IMG/VR virus record: IMGVR_UViG_3300025267_002170
Source: a virus
Taxonomy: Duplodnaviria > Caudoviricetes
DNA length: 64,000 nt
Strand: one strand, 5' to 3'
Shown: positions 1-9,056 of the stretch, in pieces
How the letters are laid out: each line of letters begins with the position of its first letter
Numbering within the stretch: position 1 is the stretch's first letter
The notes under the pieces: generated by a model
What the model was told of the DNA's origin: nothing
Database searches by the model: none
What the model saw: only the letters and a program-made list of their open reading frames with translations
Program-made: the position numbers and the translations under genes

Positions 1-49
1 GACAAACAGGGTTACATGGACGCATTTATTCTAACCGCAAGGAATAATA

Positions 50-247
50 ATGGCTGACTTTTGTCAAGAATGCCACGACCAGTTGCTTGGACATGATATC
101 GAGTGTGGATTAGCTGGATTAATTTCAGAAGAAAAAGTAAATCAGGGATATGTAGTAAATGTCCTGTGTGAAAGTTGTGGTTTTATTCAAGTAGACCACA
201 ACGGTAAGAAAGTTCCTTGGTTAGATGAGAATAAAAGTAGGAAATAA
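50..247 (+). CDS. small CxxC/CxxC zinc-ribbon-like hypothetical protein
   Basis: CQEC and CESC pairs; AAGGA upstream. Confidence 0.55.
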   Translation: MADFCQECHDQLLGHDIECGLAGLISEEKVNQGYVVNVLCESCGFIQVDHNGKKVPWLDENKSRK

Positions 248-497
248 ATATTGGAACCTAGTATTCATTGAGCTAGATGAGACTACTGGTGGAGAGTGTG
301 ACTCTCCAGACACTAAGGGAAAAGAGATAAGAATATCAACAGATTTGCAGCGTGAAGAAGAACTAGAGGTAGTCATTCATGAACTCCTACACGCATCAGA
401 TTGGTCTAAGGACGAAGAGTGGGTTGAAGAAATAGCCCAAGACATATCTAATGTACTAATGAGACTAGGATGGAAAAAGAATGGAACCAAAACCTAA
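225..497 (+). CDS. small HExxH metallopeptidase-like phage protein
   Basis: VIHELLHA motif with downstream Glu. Confidence 0.55.
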   Translation: MRIKVGNKYWNLVFIELDETTGGECDSPDTKGKEIRISTDLQREEELEVVIHELLHASDWSKDEEWVEEIAQDISNVLMRLGWKKNGTKT

Positions 498-900
498 AAT
501 CGGATTCACCTGCTCCTGTTTTGACTTGCTTCACGCAGGGCATGTCGCTATGCTGGAGGAGGCTAAGAACAATTGCGAACATTTGATAGTCGGGTTGCAA
601 ATAGACCCGAGCCTAGAAAGGGATGGGAAAAGTAAACCCATACAGTCTCTAGTAGAAAGGCAGATACAGCTACGAGCCTGTAAATATGTTGACGAGATTA
701 TAGTATACAAAACAGAAAAAGATTTAAAGACAATACTAAAAACGCTACCAATAAACATAAGATTCTTAGGAGAGGAATATACAATAGAGAACTTTACTGG
801 AAAGAAACTGTGTAAAGAAAAAAGGATACGAATCTACTACAACAAGAGAAGGCATAAGTTTTCGTCTTCTGAATTGAAGGAAAGGATTAAAGATGTCTAG
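481..900 (+). CDS. glycerol-3-phosphate cytidylyltransferase-like (TagD family)
   Basis: FDLLHAGH (HIGH-type motif), ER..L...KYVDEI, terminal SSSELKER. Confidence 0.85.
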   Translation: MEPKPKIGFTCSCFDLLHAGHVAMLEEAKNNCEHLIVGLQIDPSLERDGKSKPIQSLVERQIQLRACKYVDEIIVYKTEKDLKTILKTLPINIRFLGEEYTIENFTGKKLCKEKRIRIYYNKRRHKFSSSELKERIKDV

Positions 901-1486
901 ATTTGATGCTCCTGTTGAGGAAAGAACTCTCCATAATTACATTGACGAAGCTAGGTCAATGATTGGGAGGTGGGGTCAGATGTGGATGCTAACAGATGAT
1001 GACGTTATCGCAAACGTAGCAAATGCCATTATGAGAGCAGAACACGACTTCGACCCAACGAGAGGATGTAAGAGGGTGACGCTTAGGTGTACCTACGGAC
1101 GTAGGGCTATCATTAAAGAGTTTAGAACCCTTAACAGACTATCAAAAAGACCAACACATTTTTCTATAGATGTAGAACGGATTGGAAACGACGGTCGTGT
1201 ATATTCAAACGCAGCAAAAGAAATAGAAGACCACAGAGAATCGATAGAAGAGTACATCAACAAAAAGGAAGAGGCCACTAAACAGAAAAGAATAGCTCAA
1301 AAGGTTCTTAAGAACAAGTGTCTTACAGAAAAGCAGAGAAAATATCTAAAGATGCACTACCTTAAAGGAAAGAGCGTAAGAGAGATAGCTCAAATTAGGG
1401 GATGTAGCAAGCAGGCAGTTAGTCAGGTTCTTCAAGGGGGTCTATCTAGCCTGCAAAAAACATTCGTAGGAAAGGCGGTAGCATAA
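893..1486 (+). CDS. sigma-70 family sigma factor (phage, divergent) #1
   Basis: region-2-like RAEHDFDPTRG; region-4 HTH LTEKQRKYL..SVREIAQIRGCSKQAVSQ. Confidence 0.75.
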   Translation: MSRFDAPVEERTLHNYIDEARSMIGRWGQMWMLTDDDVIANVANAIMRAEHDFDPTRGCKRVTLRCTYGRRAIIKEFRTLNRLSKRPTHFSIDVERIGNDGRVYSNAAKEIEDHRESIEEYINKKEEATKQKRIAQKVLKNKCLTEKQRKYLKMHYLKGKSVREIAQIRGCSKQAVSQVLQGGLSSLQKTFVGKAVA

Positions 1487-1899
1487 TGAAAACCATAGCT
1501 TTGAGCGGTGGGTTCGACCCGGTACACATCGGACATTTGAGAATGATGCAGGAGGCGTCTACTTTTGGTAGAGTTATTATTATTCTCAATAGTGACGAGT
1601 GGTTAATTTCTAAGAAGGGGTATATGTTTATGACTTATGATGAGAGAAAGGAAATTCTTGAAGGACTTTCTTGCGTCTCGGAAGTAGTGTCAGTAGACGA
1701 CTCAGATAGCACAGTATGTGAAACAATTGAGAGACTAAGACCTGACTACTTCGGTAATGGTGGAGACAGAAAGAATGATAATGTTCCAGAAGTTGAGCTA
1801 TGTGAAAGGTTGGGAGTTAAATTAGTCTGGAACCTTGGTGGACCCAAGATTCAATCGTCTAGTGATTTAGTTGATTCACAACAAGAGCTAAAAAAGTGA
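1486..1899 (+). CDS. cytidylyltransferase-family nucleotidyltransferase
   Basis: SGGFDPVHIGH, NGGDR, KIQSSS motifs. Confidence 0.85.
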   Translation: MKTIALSGGFDPVHIGHLRMMQEASTFGRVIIILNSDEWLISKKGYMFMTYDERKEILEGLSCVSEVVSVDDSDSTVCETIERLRPDYFGNGGDRKNDNVPEVELCERLGVKLVWNLGGPKIQSSSDLVDSQQELKK

Positions 1900-1909
1900 A
1901 ATTTTGTTC

Positions 1910-1937
1910 TTGACACACGCCAACCCTCTGTTAAAAT
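1910..1937 (+). promoter_or_regulatory. host sigma70-type early promoter upstream of rIIA
   Basis: TTGACA-16 bp-TAAAAT with extended -10 TG. Confidence 0.65.
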
Positions 1938-1975
1938 TGGTGCAGGACCGGATAACTCTTTGAAAGGATGGTACT

Positions 1976-4120
1976 ATGAAGTTGCAAGGCAAGGTCAACG
2001 TAATCGAAAGGTCGTCGGATTTTGAGCAGTCTAACTATACAATAGAAGCGACTGCCAAAGCATTCTCAATTCTTTCCGACCAATTATACTCGAACAAGGT
2101 TCGGGCAGTAGTTAGGGAGCTAAGTACAAATGCGTATGATTCTCATGTTGATGCTGGAAATGGGGACAAGCAATTTGAAGTCCATCTTCCCTCGAACATG
2201 GAACCTACTTTTTCAGTTAGAGACTACGGAACAGGACTCTCACATAGCGACTGTATGCACCTCTATACAACATACTTTCGCAGCAATCGAACCGATAGTA
2301 ACGAAGCAGTTGGATGTATGGGTCTAGGGAGCAAGTCTCCTTTCGCATACAGCGATAGCTTCACTGTCGAGTCATTCTTTAACGGTGAGCATCGAACCTA
2401 TACCGCTTATAAGAATGAAGAAGACGAACCCGTCTTTGCCCTTCTAAACACTCAGGCTACCTCTGAGCCTAATGGGTTGAAGGTTAGCTTCCCCGTTAAG
2501 TGTGAAGGTTACAACAACGATGTTCAGGAGTTTATAGACGAGGCAGAAGACCTCTATAAGTGGTTTAAGGTCGCTCCGAAGATTGCTGGTCAGTCTATCG
2601 AGATTGTGCCGGAAAGCTATATCATCGAAGGTGATGGTTGGGCTGTTCGTAAAATTGATAGGCATGCTGATTACCATGCCGTTGCTATTATGGGACAGGT
2701 TGCCTATCCTATTGACCGAGATAACTTTGACGACGACAAAAAAACTCGTGAAATCCTAAACACTAATATTACTATTCAGTTTGATATTGGCGAACTGAAT
2801 ATTACTCCGTCTCGTGAGTCTCTCAGTTACAACAAGCACACTAAAGAATCTATCGTTAGAAAGTGTGCTGAGATTAAAGAAAAGGCTCAACGTGTAGCTG
2901 AAGAATCTATCTCAGAGGCAGCTACTCTCTGGGATGCTAGAGTTGCTCATGTTAATCTTACTAGGCATAATGGGTTGCTTGGTGGACTCTCTAGTGTAAT
3001 TGAGGCTACAGATATTAAGTGGAACAGCACTGACCTGTTTGACAACCAGTTTAGTCAGATTTATATTGGGGACATTGAAGGTCTCGTTGTTAGAGTTTAC
3101 TACAGGGATGGTTGGAAGAAAGCAGTTCAAACAGACTCTGTTACAAAGCTGCGGATAGACCCTAGTGCCGTCATCTTTGTTGACGACCTTAAGCGCGGCG
3201 GAATCAGTCGCATTAAGAACCATGTTAAAGAGAATACCACTAGCGGTAGGTATGAACATGGTGATAGTAAGTTTAAGGTTTACAAGGTAAATGGTACTGA
3301 CGAGGCTATTGCTGAGTTCCGAGAACTGGTGGGGTGTGATGAAAGTCACATCAGTAAGACCTCAGACCTTGATAAACCCATTAGCAACAGGTATTACGAT
3401 TCGTCAGAAAGACGTACCAGCGTTGTCAGATGGAACGGTGGGACTCGTAGCTGGAAGAAGGGTGGCAACTGGTCTGATGTTGATATTGACCTTAACGACG
3501 GTGGTTATTTCGTAAGGATTGACCGCTACGAACTTAGCCAAACGCATGGAATGTATCCTGACCTCGATACTCTTGGTCAAGTCGTAGACCATCTTATTGC
3601 TCTTGGTTACGACATTGATAAGGATAAGATTTACGGCATCAAGAATGTCGTTGCTAATAGAGCCAGCTTCGATAAGCTGAGTCGCCTCGAAGGTAAGTGG
3701 GTTGATATTACTCAACTTGCCCAAAAAGTGGCTAACAGTATTAGCGAAGAAGATAAGCAACTTATTGAAGACAGGATGTCTGTCAGGGATATGTTTGACA
3801 ATCTTGAGGTAGACATTAAAGAGCTTAAGAAAGTTTCTCGAAAGACTGCTACCGAAAATAATGGTCTTAAACAGATTGTTGCTCTTAAAGATTACTATGA
3901 TAAGCAACAGGAAGAGAAGAAGGCAGAAGATATTTATCAACTGTGCAGGATTTATAGAACCCTGCCTGACAAGGTTGAGAATAAGCACTCGTCCCACCTT
4001 GAAGCGTGCCTTGATAAGTACCCCCTGATTAAAATCATGACCAAAAGATATTACGGAATTGAAGAGGATATGGTTGAAGAACTGGCTCGTTATGTTGACC
4101 TTGTTGAGGCTTCATTGTAG
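1976..4120 (+). CDS. rIIA: rIIA-like protein (GHKL/Hsp90-type ATPase N-terminus)
   Basis: LYSNKVRAVVRELSTNAYDSH, DYGTGLS, GLGSKSPFAY, ITPSRESLSY; rIIB nearby. Confidence 0.9.
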   Translation: MKLQGKVNVIERSSDFEQSNYTIEATAKAFSILSDQLYSNKVRAVVRELSTNAYDSHVDAGNGDKQFEVHLPSNMEPTFSVRDYGTGLSHSDCMHLYTTYFRSNRTDSNEAVGCMGLGSKSPFAYSDSFTVESFFNGEHRTYTAYKNEEDEPVFALLNTQATSEPNGLKVSFPVKCEGYNNDVQEFIDEAEDLYKWFKVAPKIAGQSIEIVPESYIIEGDGWAVRKIDRHADYHAVAIMGQVAYPIDRDNFDDDKKTREILNTNITIQFDIGELNITPSRESLSYNKHTKESIVRKCAEIKEKAQRVAEESISEAATLWDARVAHVNLTRHNGLLGGLSSVIEATDIKWNSTDLFDNQFSQIYIGDIEGLVVRVYYRDGWKKAVQTDSVTKLRIDPSAVIFVDDLKRGGISRIKNHVKENTTSGRYEHGDSKFKVYKVNGTDEAIAEFRELVGCDESHISKTSDLDKPISNRYYDSSERRTSVVRWNGGTRSWKKGGNWSDVDIDLNDGGYFVRIDRYELSQTHGMYPDLDTLGQVVDHLIALGYDIDKDKIYGIKNVVANRASFDKLSRLEGKWVDITQLAQKVANSISEEDKQLIEDRMSVRDMFDNLEVDIKELKKVSRKTATENNGLKQIVALKDYYDKQQEEKKAEDIYQLCRIYRTLPDKVENKHSSHLEACLDKYPLIKIMTKRYYGIEEDMVEELARYVDLVEASL

Positions 4121-4176
4121 CTAAACCTGCTAAGTTGGTTGAAAAAAACACAGTGATATTTTGAAGGAGTGAACAA

Positions 4177-4443
4177 GTGGCTAGTTATGTTGCAGGGAAA
4201 GACCTTAAGAGTAACGAAGAACGAATGTTTAACACAAGCGATTCTGACCGCATGAGTAAAAAACGTGTAGTCGAAAAAGTAATAGAAAAAATTCATGGAG
4301 CAAACAGGAGAAGAAAATTAGAAAAGGCATTTAAAAAACTAAGTACAGAAGAACTTGTTACGCTAGGAATGCTTGTAGACCGAGCAATCAAAAAAGAACT
4401 GACGAAAACACTGGACTCTAATTGCAAGGATGTTATCGGATGA
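4177..4443 (+). CDS. hypothetical protein
   Basis: GTG start after AAGGAG; basic 88 aa. Confidence 0.55.
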   Translation: MASYVAGKDLKSNEERMFNTSDSDRMSKKRVVEKVIEKIHGANRRRKLEKAFKKLSTEELVTLGMLVDRAIKKELTKTLDSNCKDVIG

Positions 4444-4883
4444 CCGTTAATTACACTAAAACAACAATCGCACTGGCCGCTGTTATTGCAACTCTGGTAA
4501 ACTATAATATTTACCTACAGTCCAAGACATCAAGGCTTGAACATATGGTTCAGATGTCTGATGCCCGTAGTGGTATCAACCAAGAGTGGGCTGATGAGGT
4601 TACCCACATTATGCTTAATAAGTTGAGCCAAGAAAACGAAGAAGGGATGAGAAATCAAGGTAGGATGGAAGGTATTGTTGAATACCTCACCAATCCGAAG
4701 GACTATCATTCCGTTTGGCACGAGGGCTACCAGCGCGGTCTTAACCAGACTGAAGAAATGGCTAAGATGGAAAAGGGAGAACTGTTCCCTACCGACAAGC
4801 CAATGCCGGTTAAGCCCGATGTTATCAAAAAGCCTGACTTCGATAAGAAAATCGAAAAGGCTCAATCTACTGGTGGTGAATAG
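4440..4883 (+). CDS. membrane-anchored hypothetical protein
   Basis: N-terminal hydrophobic segment; ATGA overlap with upstream stop. Confidence 0.6.
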   Translation: MTVNYTKTTIALAAVIATLVNYNIYLQSKTSRLEHMVQMSDARSGINQEWADEVTHIMLNKLSQENEEGMRNQGRMEGIVEYLTNPKDYHSVWHEGYQRGLNQTEEMAKMEKGELFPTDKPMPVKPDVIKKPDFDKKIEKAQSTGGE

Positions 4884-4899
4884 TAAGTAGGGTGGGATT

Positions 4900-4938
4900 G
4901 GGAACCCTACTGGAATGTATCTGGTAGGGTTCCCTTTT
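4900..4938 (+). terminator. stem-loop with short U tract (terminator or RNA stabiliser) before rIIB
   Basis: GGGAACCCTAC / GTAGGGTTCCC then TTTT. Confidence 0.55.
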
Positions 4939-4960
4939 CTAAATCTAAGAAAGGTTTGAG

Positions 4961-5779
4961 ATGAATTACATTGTCAGCGGAAACGGAACGATTACTATTG
5001 TTATTGATAACCAGAGTTTTACGGTTGGTTATGACCATCCTAACTACATGGCTATCAAGGAATGTATCGTTAACAACGATGCAGAAAACATTGTCGAACT
5101 GATTGACATTCCCTCTGCTATCGAAGATTATGCAGAAGGCAAGGTTACTGTTACTAATGGTATTCTTCGCTATGATGACGAAGAAATCCACAACAGTCTT
5201 ACCGAGCGCATTATGGGAATGATGCGTAATGGTTTCCCCTTCGAGCCTATGGTTAAGTTCTTGGCTAACGTCTTGGAGAACCATAGTAATCGTGCTGTTC
5301 AAGAACTGTATACGTTCCTTGAGCATAAGAACCTTCCTATCACAGAAGATGGTTGCTTCCTTGCTTACAAGGCTGTGACTAGTGACTATAAGGATAAGTG
5401 GTCTAATCAGATTGACAATAGTGTTGGTCAAACTGTTAGTATGCAGCGCCGTAAGGTTAATGATGACTGTGGCATTGGATGTAGTGATGGTCTTCACTGT
5501 GGCGCTTTGGAGTACGTCGAAAGCTATCGGTCTGAGCATAACGAAGACCGTGTAGTCATCGTTAAAGTAAACCCCAAGGATGTTGTGTCAGTCCCAACTG
5601 ATTGCGAGTGTCAGAAGGTTCGCACTTGTGAGTATCAGGTTATTGCTGACTATGAAGGTCCGCTTAAGAGTCTTCTTCATAGAGGAGAAGATGGCGAGGC
5701 TTGGACCGAAGAAGAGTTTGCTGAGTTTATGAACACTCTTATGCATGAAGACGATGAAAGTGAGGCAGAAGGTAATTAG
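4961..5779 (+). CDS. rIIB: rIIB-like protein
   Basis: LPITEDGCFLAYKAV, CSDGLH, VKVNPKDVVSVPTD..KVRTCEY. Confidence 0.85.
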   Translation: MNYIVSGNGTITIVIDNQSFTVGYDHPNYMAIKECIVNNDAENIVELIDIPSAIEDYAEGKVTVTNGILRYDDEEIHNSLTERIMGMMRNGFPFEPMVKFLANVLENHSNRAVQELYTFLEHKNLPITEDGCFLAYKAVTSDYKDKWSNQIDNSVGQTVSMQRRKVNDDCGIGCSDGLHCGALEYVESYRSEHNEDRVVIVKVNPKDVVSVPTDCECQKVRTCEYQVIADYEGPLKSLLHRGEDGEAWTEEEFAEFMNTLMHEDDESEAEGN

Positions 5780-6303
5780 TGGAAAATACTGGCATGGACT
5801 TAGGTTTATGGCCTGAATTTCTAATATTTGCCTTAATTTTTGGTTTTATTACTAGAATAATGTATGGAACATTATGTTCAATTTTTGGATGGATTGCGAG
5901 ACCTATCACAGACGTAGTGTGCCAAGAAAATTTTAGCAAACCTACTAATTTAGAGCCAATAACAAAAATCGAAGGTACTATCGAAATAGGAGTTGAAGAA
6001 GATAAAGAGATGCTTTCCGAGAGTGATTGGGATACAATATGCGCTCAAGCAGTTGAACAAGCTAAACAGGGAAATGCCAGTGCGCGTAATTGGGTAACTA
6101 AGAACATTCTAGAAAAGGAATCTGAAAAGTTAGTTGCAGACGAATTGAAAACTGATGTAACTATAGTCTCCGAAACTGTTGAAGCCTTAGTATCTTTAGG
6201 ATGGAAAAAGGGAGATGCTACCAAAGAAGTTAAGGAGGCTGCCTGTGCAAAAGAATACAAATCAGTGGAAGACCTGTTAGTATTCATTCACAAGAAAAAA
6301 TAG
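5779..6303 (+). CDS. membrane protein with C-terminal RuvA-domain-III-like helical module
   Basis: N-terminal TM; ETVEALVSLGWKKGDA resembles RuvA EA..AL..LG(Y/F). Confidence 0.45.
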   Translation: MENTGMDLGLWPEFLIFALIFGFITRIMYGTLCSIFGWIARPITDVVCQENFSKPTNLEPITKIEGTIEIGVEEDKEMLSESDWDTICAQAVEQAKQGNASARNWVTKNILEKESEKLVADELKTDVTIVSETVEALVSLGWKKGDATKEVKEAACAKEYKSVEDLLVFIHKKK

Positions 6304-6311
6304 TTTTACTC

Positions 6312-6352
6312 GGGGCGCGAAGGTTATTATACTTTCGCGCCTCTTTTTTTTT
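6312..6352 (+). terminator. Rho-independent terminator
   Basis: GGGGCGCGAAGG / CTTTCGCGCCTC followed by T9. Confidence 0.85.
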
Positions 6353-6365
6353 AGAAAGTAAGAAA

Positions 6366-6926
6366 ATGAACAGACTAAAGGGGATGACCTGTTACCTATG
6401 CGGACCTATGGACAGGGTTAGCGATGGCGGGGTAAAGTGGAGACAGGACATAACCCCTCAACTAAAAGACATTGGGGTTGGCGTACTAGACCCATGCGAT
6501 AAACCAAGTAACTATGCAACAGAAGACCATAACACTAGACAAACAATTGACTCCTACAAGGAAGAAGGCGACTTTGATTCTATATCAAATATAATGAAAC
6601 CGATATGTGCAGTCGACCTTAGAATGGTTGACATAGCACACTTCCTAGTTGTTAATCTTGACATAGATGTTCATATGTGTGGGTCATATCATGAAATGTT
6701 TGTAGCTCTAGGACAGAAAAAACCAGTTCTAATAAGGTGTGTAGGAGGCAAAGAGATGTTGCCAAACTGGATGTTTGGGGTTCTTCCGCACGAAATGGTA
6801 TTTACTAACTGGTTTCAGTTAATGGATTACCTCTATCATGTAAATAATGACGAGGTAGTTGAGCATTACAACAGATGGAGGTTTTTCGACTTCGATAAGG
6901 TCTATGGAAAGAGGAGTATTACCTAA
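6366..6926 (+). CDS. nucleoside 2-deoxyribosyltransferase-like protein
   Basis: YLCGPM, DLRMVD, GSYHE..A...KKPV. Confidence 0.7.
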   Translation: MNRLKGMTCYLCGPMDRVSDGGVKWRQDITPQLKDIGVGVLDPCDKPSNYATEDHNTRQTIDSYKEEGDFDSISNIMKPICAVDLRMVDIAHFLVVNLDIDVHMCGSYHEMFVALGQKKPVLIRCVGGKEMLPNWMFGVLPHEMVFTNWFQLMDYLYHVNNDEVVEHYNRWRFFDFDKVYGKRSIT

Positions 6927-7019
6927 ATCGTCCAGCTTACACTTTCGAGTAGTCGGGAAAATGCTAAGACCGAGTGAAAAATAGCAAAAACAGATACTAC
7001 TATACAAAAGAGGATAGAA

Positions 7020-7169
7020 GTGGGTAATGAAACCAACATCGAGCCAGAAATGTGCAGAAACAAGAATCCAAGAAGGTACGACATCATTGACCTGATGTTA
7101 ATTTCTATATTTGAAATTCTTATTTTCTCTGCCGGTCTAGGCTTGGGGTGGCTACTGTGGGATAGGTAA
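7020..7169 (+). CDS. 49-aa single-TM micro-protein (not in ORF track)
   Basis: GAGGA then GTG; MGNETNIEPEMCRNKNPRRYDIIDLMLISIFEILIFSAGLGLGWLLWDR; stop abuts next ATG. Confidence 0.55.
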   Translation: MGNETNIEPEMCRNKNPRRYDIIDLMLISIFEILIFSAGLGLGWLLWDR

Positions 7170-7171
7170 TA

Positions 7172-7399
7172 ATGTTTATCTACGAATCCGAATCAACCGA
7201 TGGAAATATAGATGTTCAAACAAGGGCTTTCTATATTGAGGAAGACGGAATCGTATCAGTTAATCAGTATCTATTCAGAGGTCAAGAAGTTCTATCTTGT
7301 TCTCAAATAGATATTACTATAGAACATTTAGATAAAATAGTAGCGATAGCAAACCATGCAAGATTAAAAGATTTCTATAAGAAATACAATGTTGAGTAG
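7172..7399 (+). CDS. hypothetical protein
   Basis: ORF in tightly packed run. Confidence 0.5.
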   Translation: MFIYESESTDGNIDVQTRAFYIEEDGIVSVNQYLFRGQEVLSCSQIDITIEHLDKIVAIANHARLKDFYKKYNVE

Positions 7400-7703
7400 G
7401 CAAACGGTTATATATGGGTTACTATGGCTGTTTATAGGAATGGCCTCATCTTTTGATTTATACTTAGCTGTTGCTAACTGTCACGAACTAAAAGACATAG
7501 AGCAAAACCCTGTTGGGACGTGGCTCATAGACCTCGACGACGGCGGGATAGGGCTATTCATGGGCCTGAAAATGGCCGGTACGGTAACGGCGCTGGGAAT
7601 TCTCGTACTTCTCTACCACCTAAAAAGAAAATGGGCGTGGATTATACTGTACACATTGTCTCTGGGGCAGGTTTTGCTGATACTATACCTAGTCCTTGCA
7701 TAA
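7389..7703 (+). CDS. 3-TM membrane protein (DUF5658-like)
   Basis: hydrophobic helices with D..L and E.NP motifs. Confidence 0.5.
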   Translation: MLSRQTVIYGLLWLFIGMASSFDLYLAVANCHELKDIEQNPVGTWLIDLDDGGIGLFMGLKMAGTVTALGILVLLYHLKRKWAWIILYTLSLGQVLLILYLVLA

Positions 7704-7723
7704 AAAAAATTCCGAAATTTTGG

Positions 7724-7754
7724 TTGACATCGGCCCGAAAATATGCTATATAAT
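7724..7754 (+). promoter_or_regulatory. host sigma70-type promoter
   Basis: TTGACA at 7724; TGC-TATATA at 17 bp or TATAAT at 19 bp; A-tract upstream; GAGGAGG RBS downstream. Confidence 0.65.
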
Positions 7755-7789
7755 AGAGTATTACCACAGGTTCTCACGAGGAGGAACAA

Positions 7790-8110
7790 ATGATGACAGA
7801 AACTCTATTTCTAATGACGCTGGCTCAAACTAGAAAGGCTTATAACTGGTCTACGGAAGGAAAGACCATTGTTGGTGTAGCCAAGAACGGAAAGGCGAGG
7901 GGTGCAAAGTATGCTCCCATCACAGCCGTATGCAGGTATGCCGGGAAGGGAACAAACCCTTCGACCAAGCGCGGAGCAACTAAAGCTGGTAAGCAGTTGG
8001 GAATGACACCAACACTTACTAAGAATGTCTCAAATGCAACCGAAGCAACCTCGAACCGAGGCAACTCTCAAGTTTTGAGAGGTAAGATTAAGCAGGTTTT
8101 GGGTATATGA
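7790..8110 (+). CDS. basic hypothetical (probable early) protein
   Basis: strong RBS; K/R/T-rich 106 aa. Confidence 0.65.
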   Translation: MMTETLFLMTLAQTRKAYNWSTEGKTIVGVAKNGKARGAKYAPITAVCRYAGKGTNPSTKRGATKAGKQLGMTPTLTKNVSNATEATSNRGNSQVLRGKIKQVLGI

Positions 8111-8150
8111 TACGGAGGCCAGTGTTCTAATTTTGAGACGGAGAAAAAGG

Positions 8151-8240
8151 GTGGTCAAACAATTGTTACTGTTTGATTATGAAGAAGAAGACTCAGATGA
8201 GTCGAAAGAGGAAACTAACGAAAGCGAGGAAGAAGAATGA
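8151..8240 (+). CDS. 29-aa acidic micro-peptide with QLLLF clamp-binding-like motif (not in ORF track)
   Basis: GGAG then GTG; MVKQLLLFDYEEEDSDESKEETNESEEEE; TGA overlaps ssb ATG. Confidence 0.55.
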   Translation: MVKQLLLFDYEEEDSDESKEETNESEEEE

Positions 8241-8608
8241 ACATTAACAGTGTGGTCTTGGCTGGAAATCTTACTAAAGACCCAGACCTAAGAGAGACAA
8301 AGACAGGTACTAAGGTTTGTGGAATGAGAATGGCTACAAACCATAAGCGAGGGAAGAATGAGGAAACCTTGTTTATGGATGTGACTGTTTGGGGTCCACA
8401 AGCAGAAATCTGTGAGAGATATCTCAAGAAGGGTCGTAATATTGCAGTCAAGGGAAGATTGAAGATGGAAGAGTATACTGACAAAGACGATATTCGTCGT
8501 CAGTCAGTGTCAGTTGTTGCGGAGGATGTTCAATTCGGACCCAACACATCAGGCAGTAACTCTGAGACACCCGTAGAAGCAGCAACAGAAGAAGTGGCTC
8601 CTTTTTAA
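8237..8608 (+). CDS. ssb: single-stranded DNA-binding protein #1
   Basis: NSVVLAGNLTKDP, VWGPQAE, acidic tail ending APF. Confidence 0.93.
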   Translation: MNINSVVLAGNLTKDPDLRETKTGTKVCGMRMATNHKRGKNEETLFMDVTVWGPQAEICERYLKKGRNIAVKGRLKMEEYTDKDDIRRQSVSVVAEDVQFGPNTSGSNSETPVEAATEEVAPF

Positions 8609-8626
8609 TTGTTTAGGAGAAGGTTG

Positions 8627-8986
8627 ATGAATAAGTTTGTTGGTGTTTGTGTAGCTATTTTGTCACTCTCTGTTATTGGTGAGGCAACCGCCTGTGACGA
8701 ATGTTACGGAGAGTGGAGGGTAGTTTCTTCCCCACTTCTGGTGAGAAGCAATCATCGTGACTGCACTCTTACTTGGAGAAAGGGGAGAGTAAGTCTAGTA
8801 ACTATTGACGGATTCTGCCTCGTTAAGAAGGTGGGAAAAGGAGTCAATAGAGGGTTTAGAAAAGCAGGGAAAGCACTTCATGATAACTTCTGTCTGTGTC
8901 CACAGCATAGAAGGAAGGGACTGTTTAATCCCCCTGCTTTAAGGCGTGTTCCTATCATCGGTAGGATTCGTCTATTCCGCGACTAA
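8627..8986 (+). CDS. secreted Cys-rich basic protein
   Basis: AGGAG RBS; signal-peptide-like N-terminus ending ATA. Confidence 0.5.
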   Translation: MNKFVGVCVAILSLSVIGEATACDECYGEWRVVSSPLLVRSNHRDCTLTWRKGRVSLVTIDGFCLVKKVGKGVNRGFRKAGKALHDNFCLCPQHRRKGLFNPPALRRVPIIGRIRLFRD

Positions 8987-8992
8987 CCTCGT

Positions 8993-9056
8993 GGAGCGGT
9001 CTGGGCAATTGGGTCGCTGGTTTACCAGAGATGTTCGAGTCATCACAGAGCGCTTT
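8993..9056 (+). ncRNA. miniature tRNA-like cloverleaf lacking a normal anticodon arm
   Basis: closing stem GGAGCGGTCTG/CAGAGCGCTTT; GGC-AATTGG-GTC D-like arm; CTGG-TTTA-CCAG; GATG-TTCGAGT-CATC T arm. Confidence 0.55.

Noticed and set aside
8192-8225. Hammerhead-like string CAGATGAGTCGAAAGAGGAAAC
   Set aside because: Core is CAGAUGA rather than CUGAUGA, stem II lacks the G-C closing pair, and the sequence is explained by acidic codons of the micro-ORF
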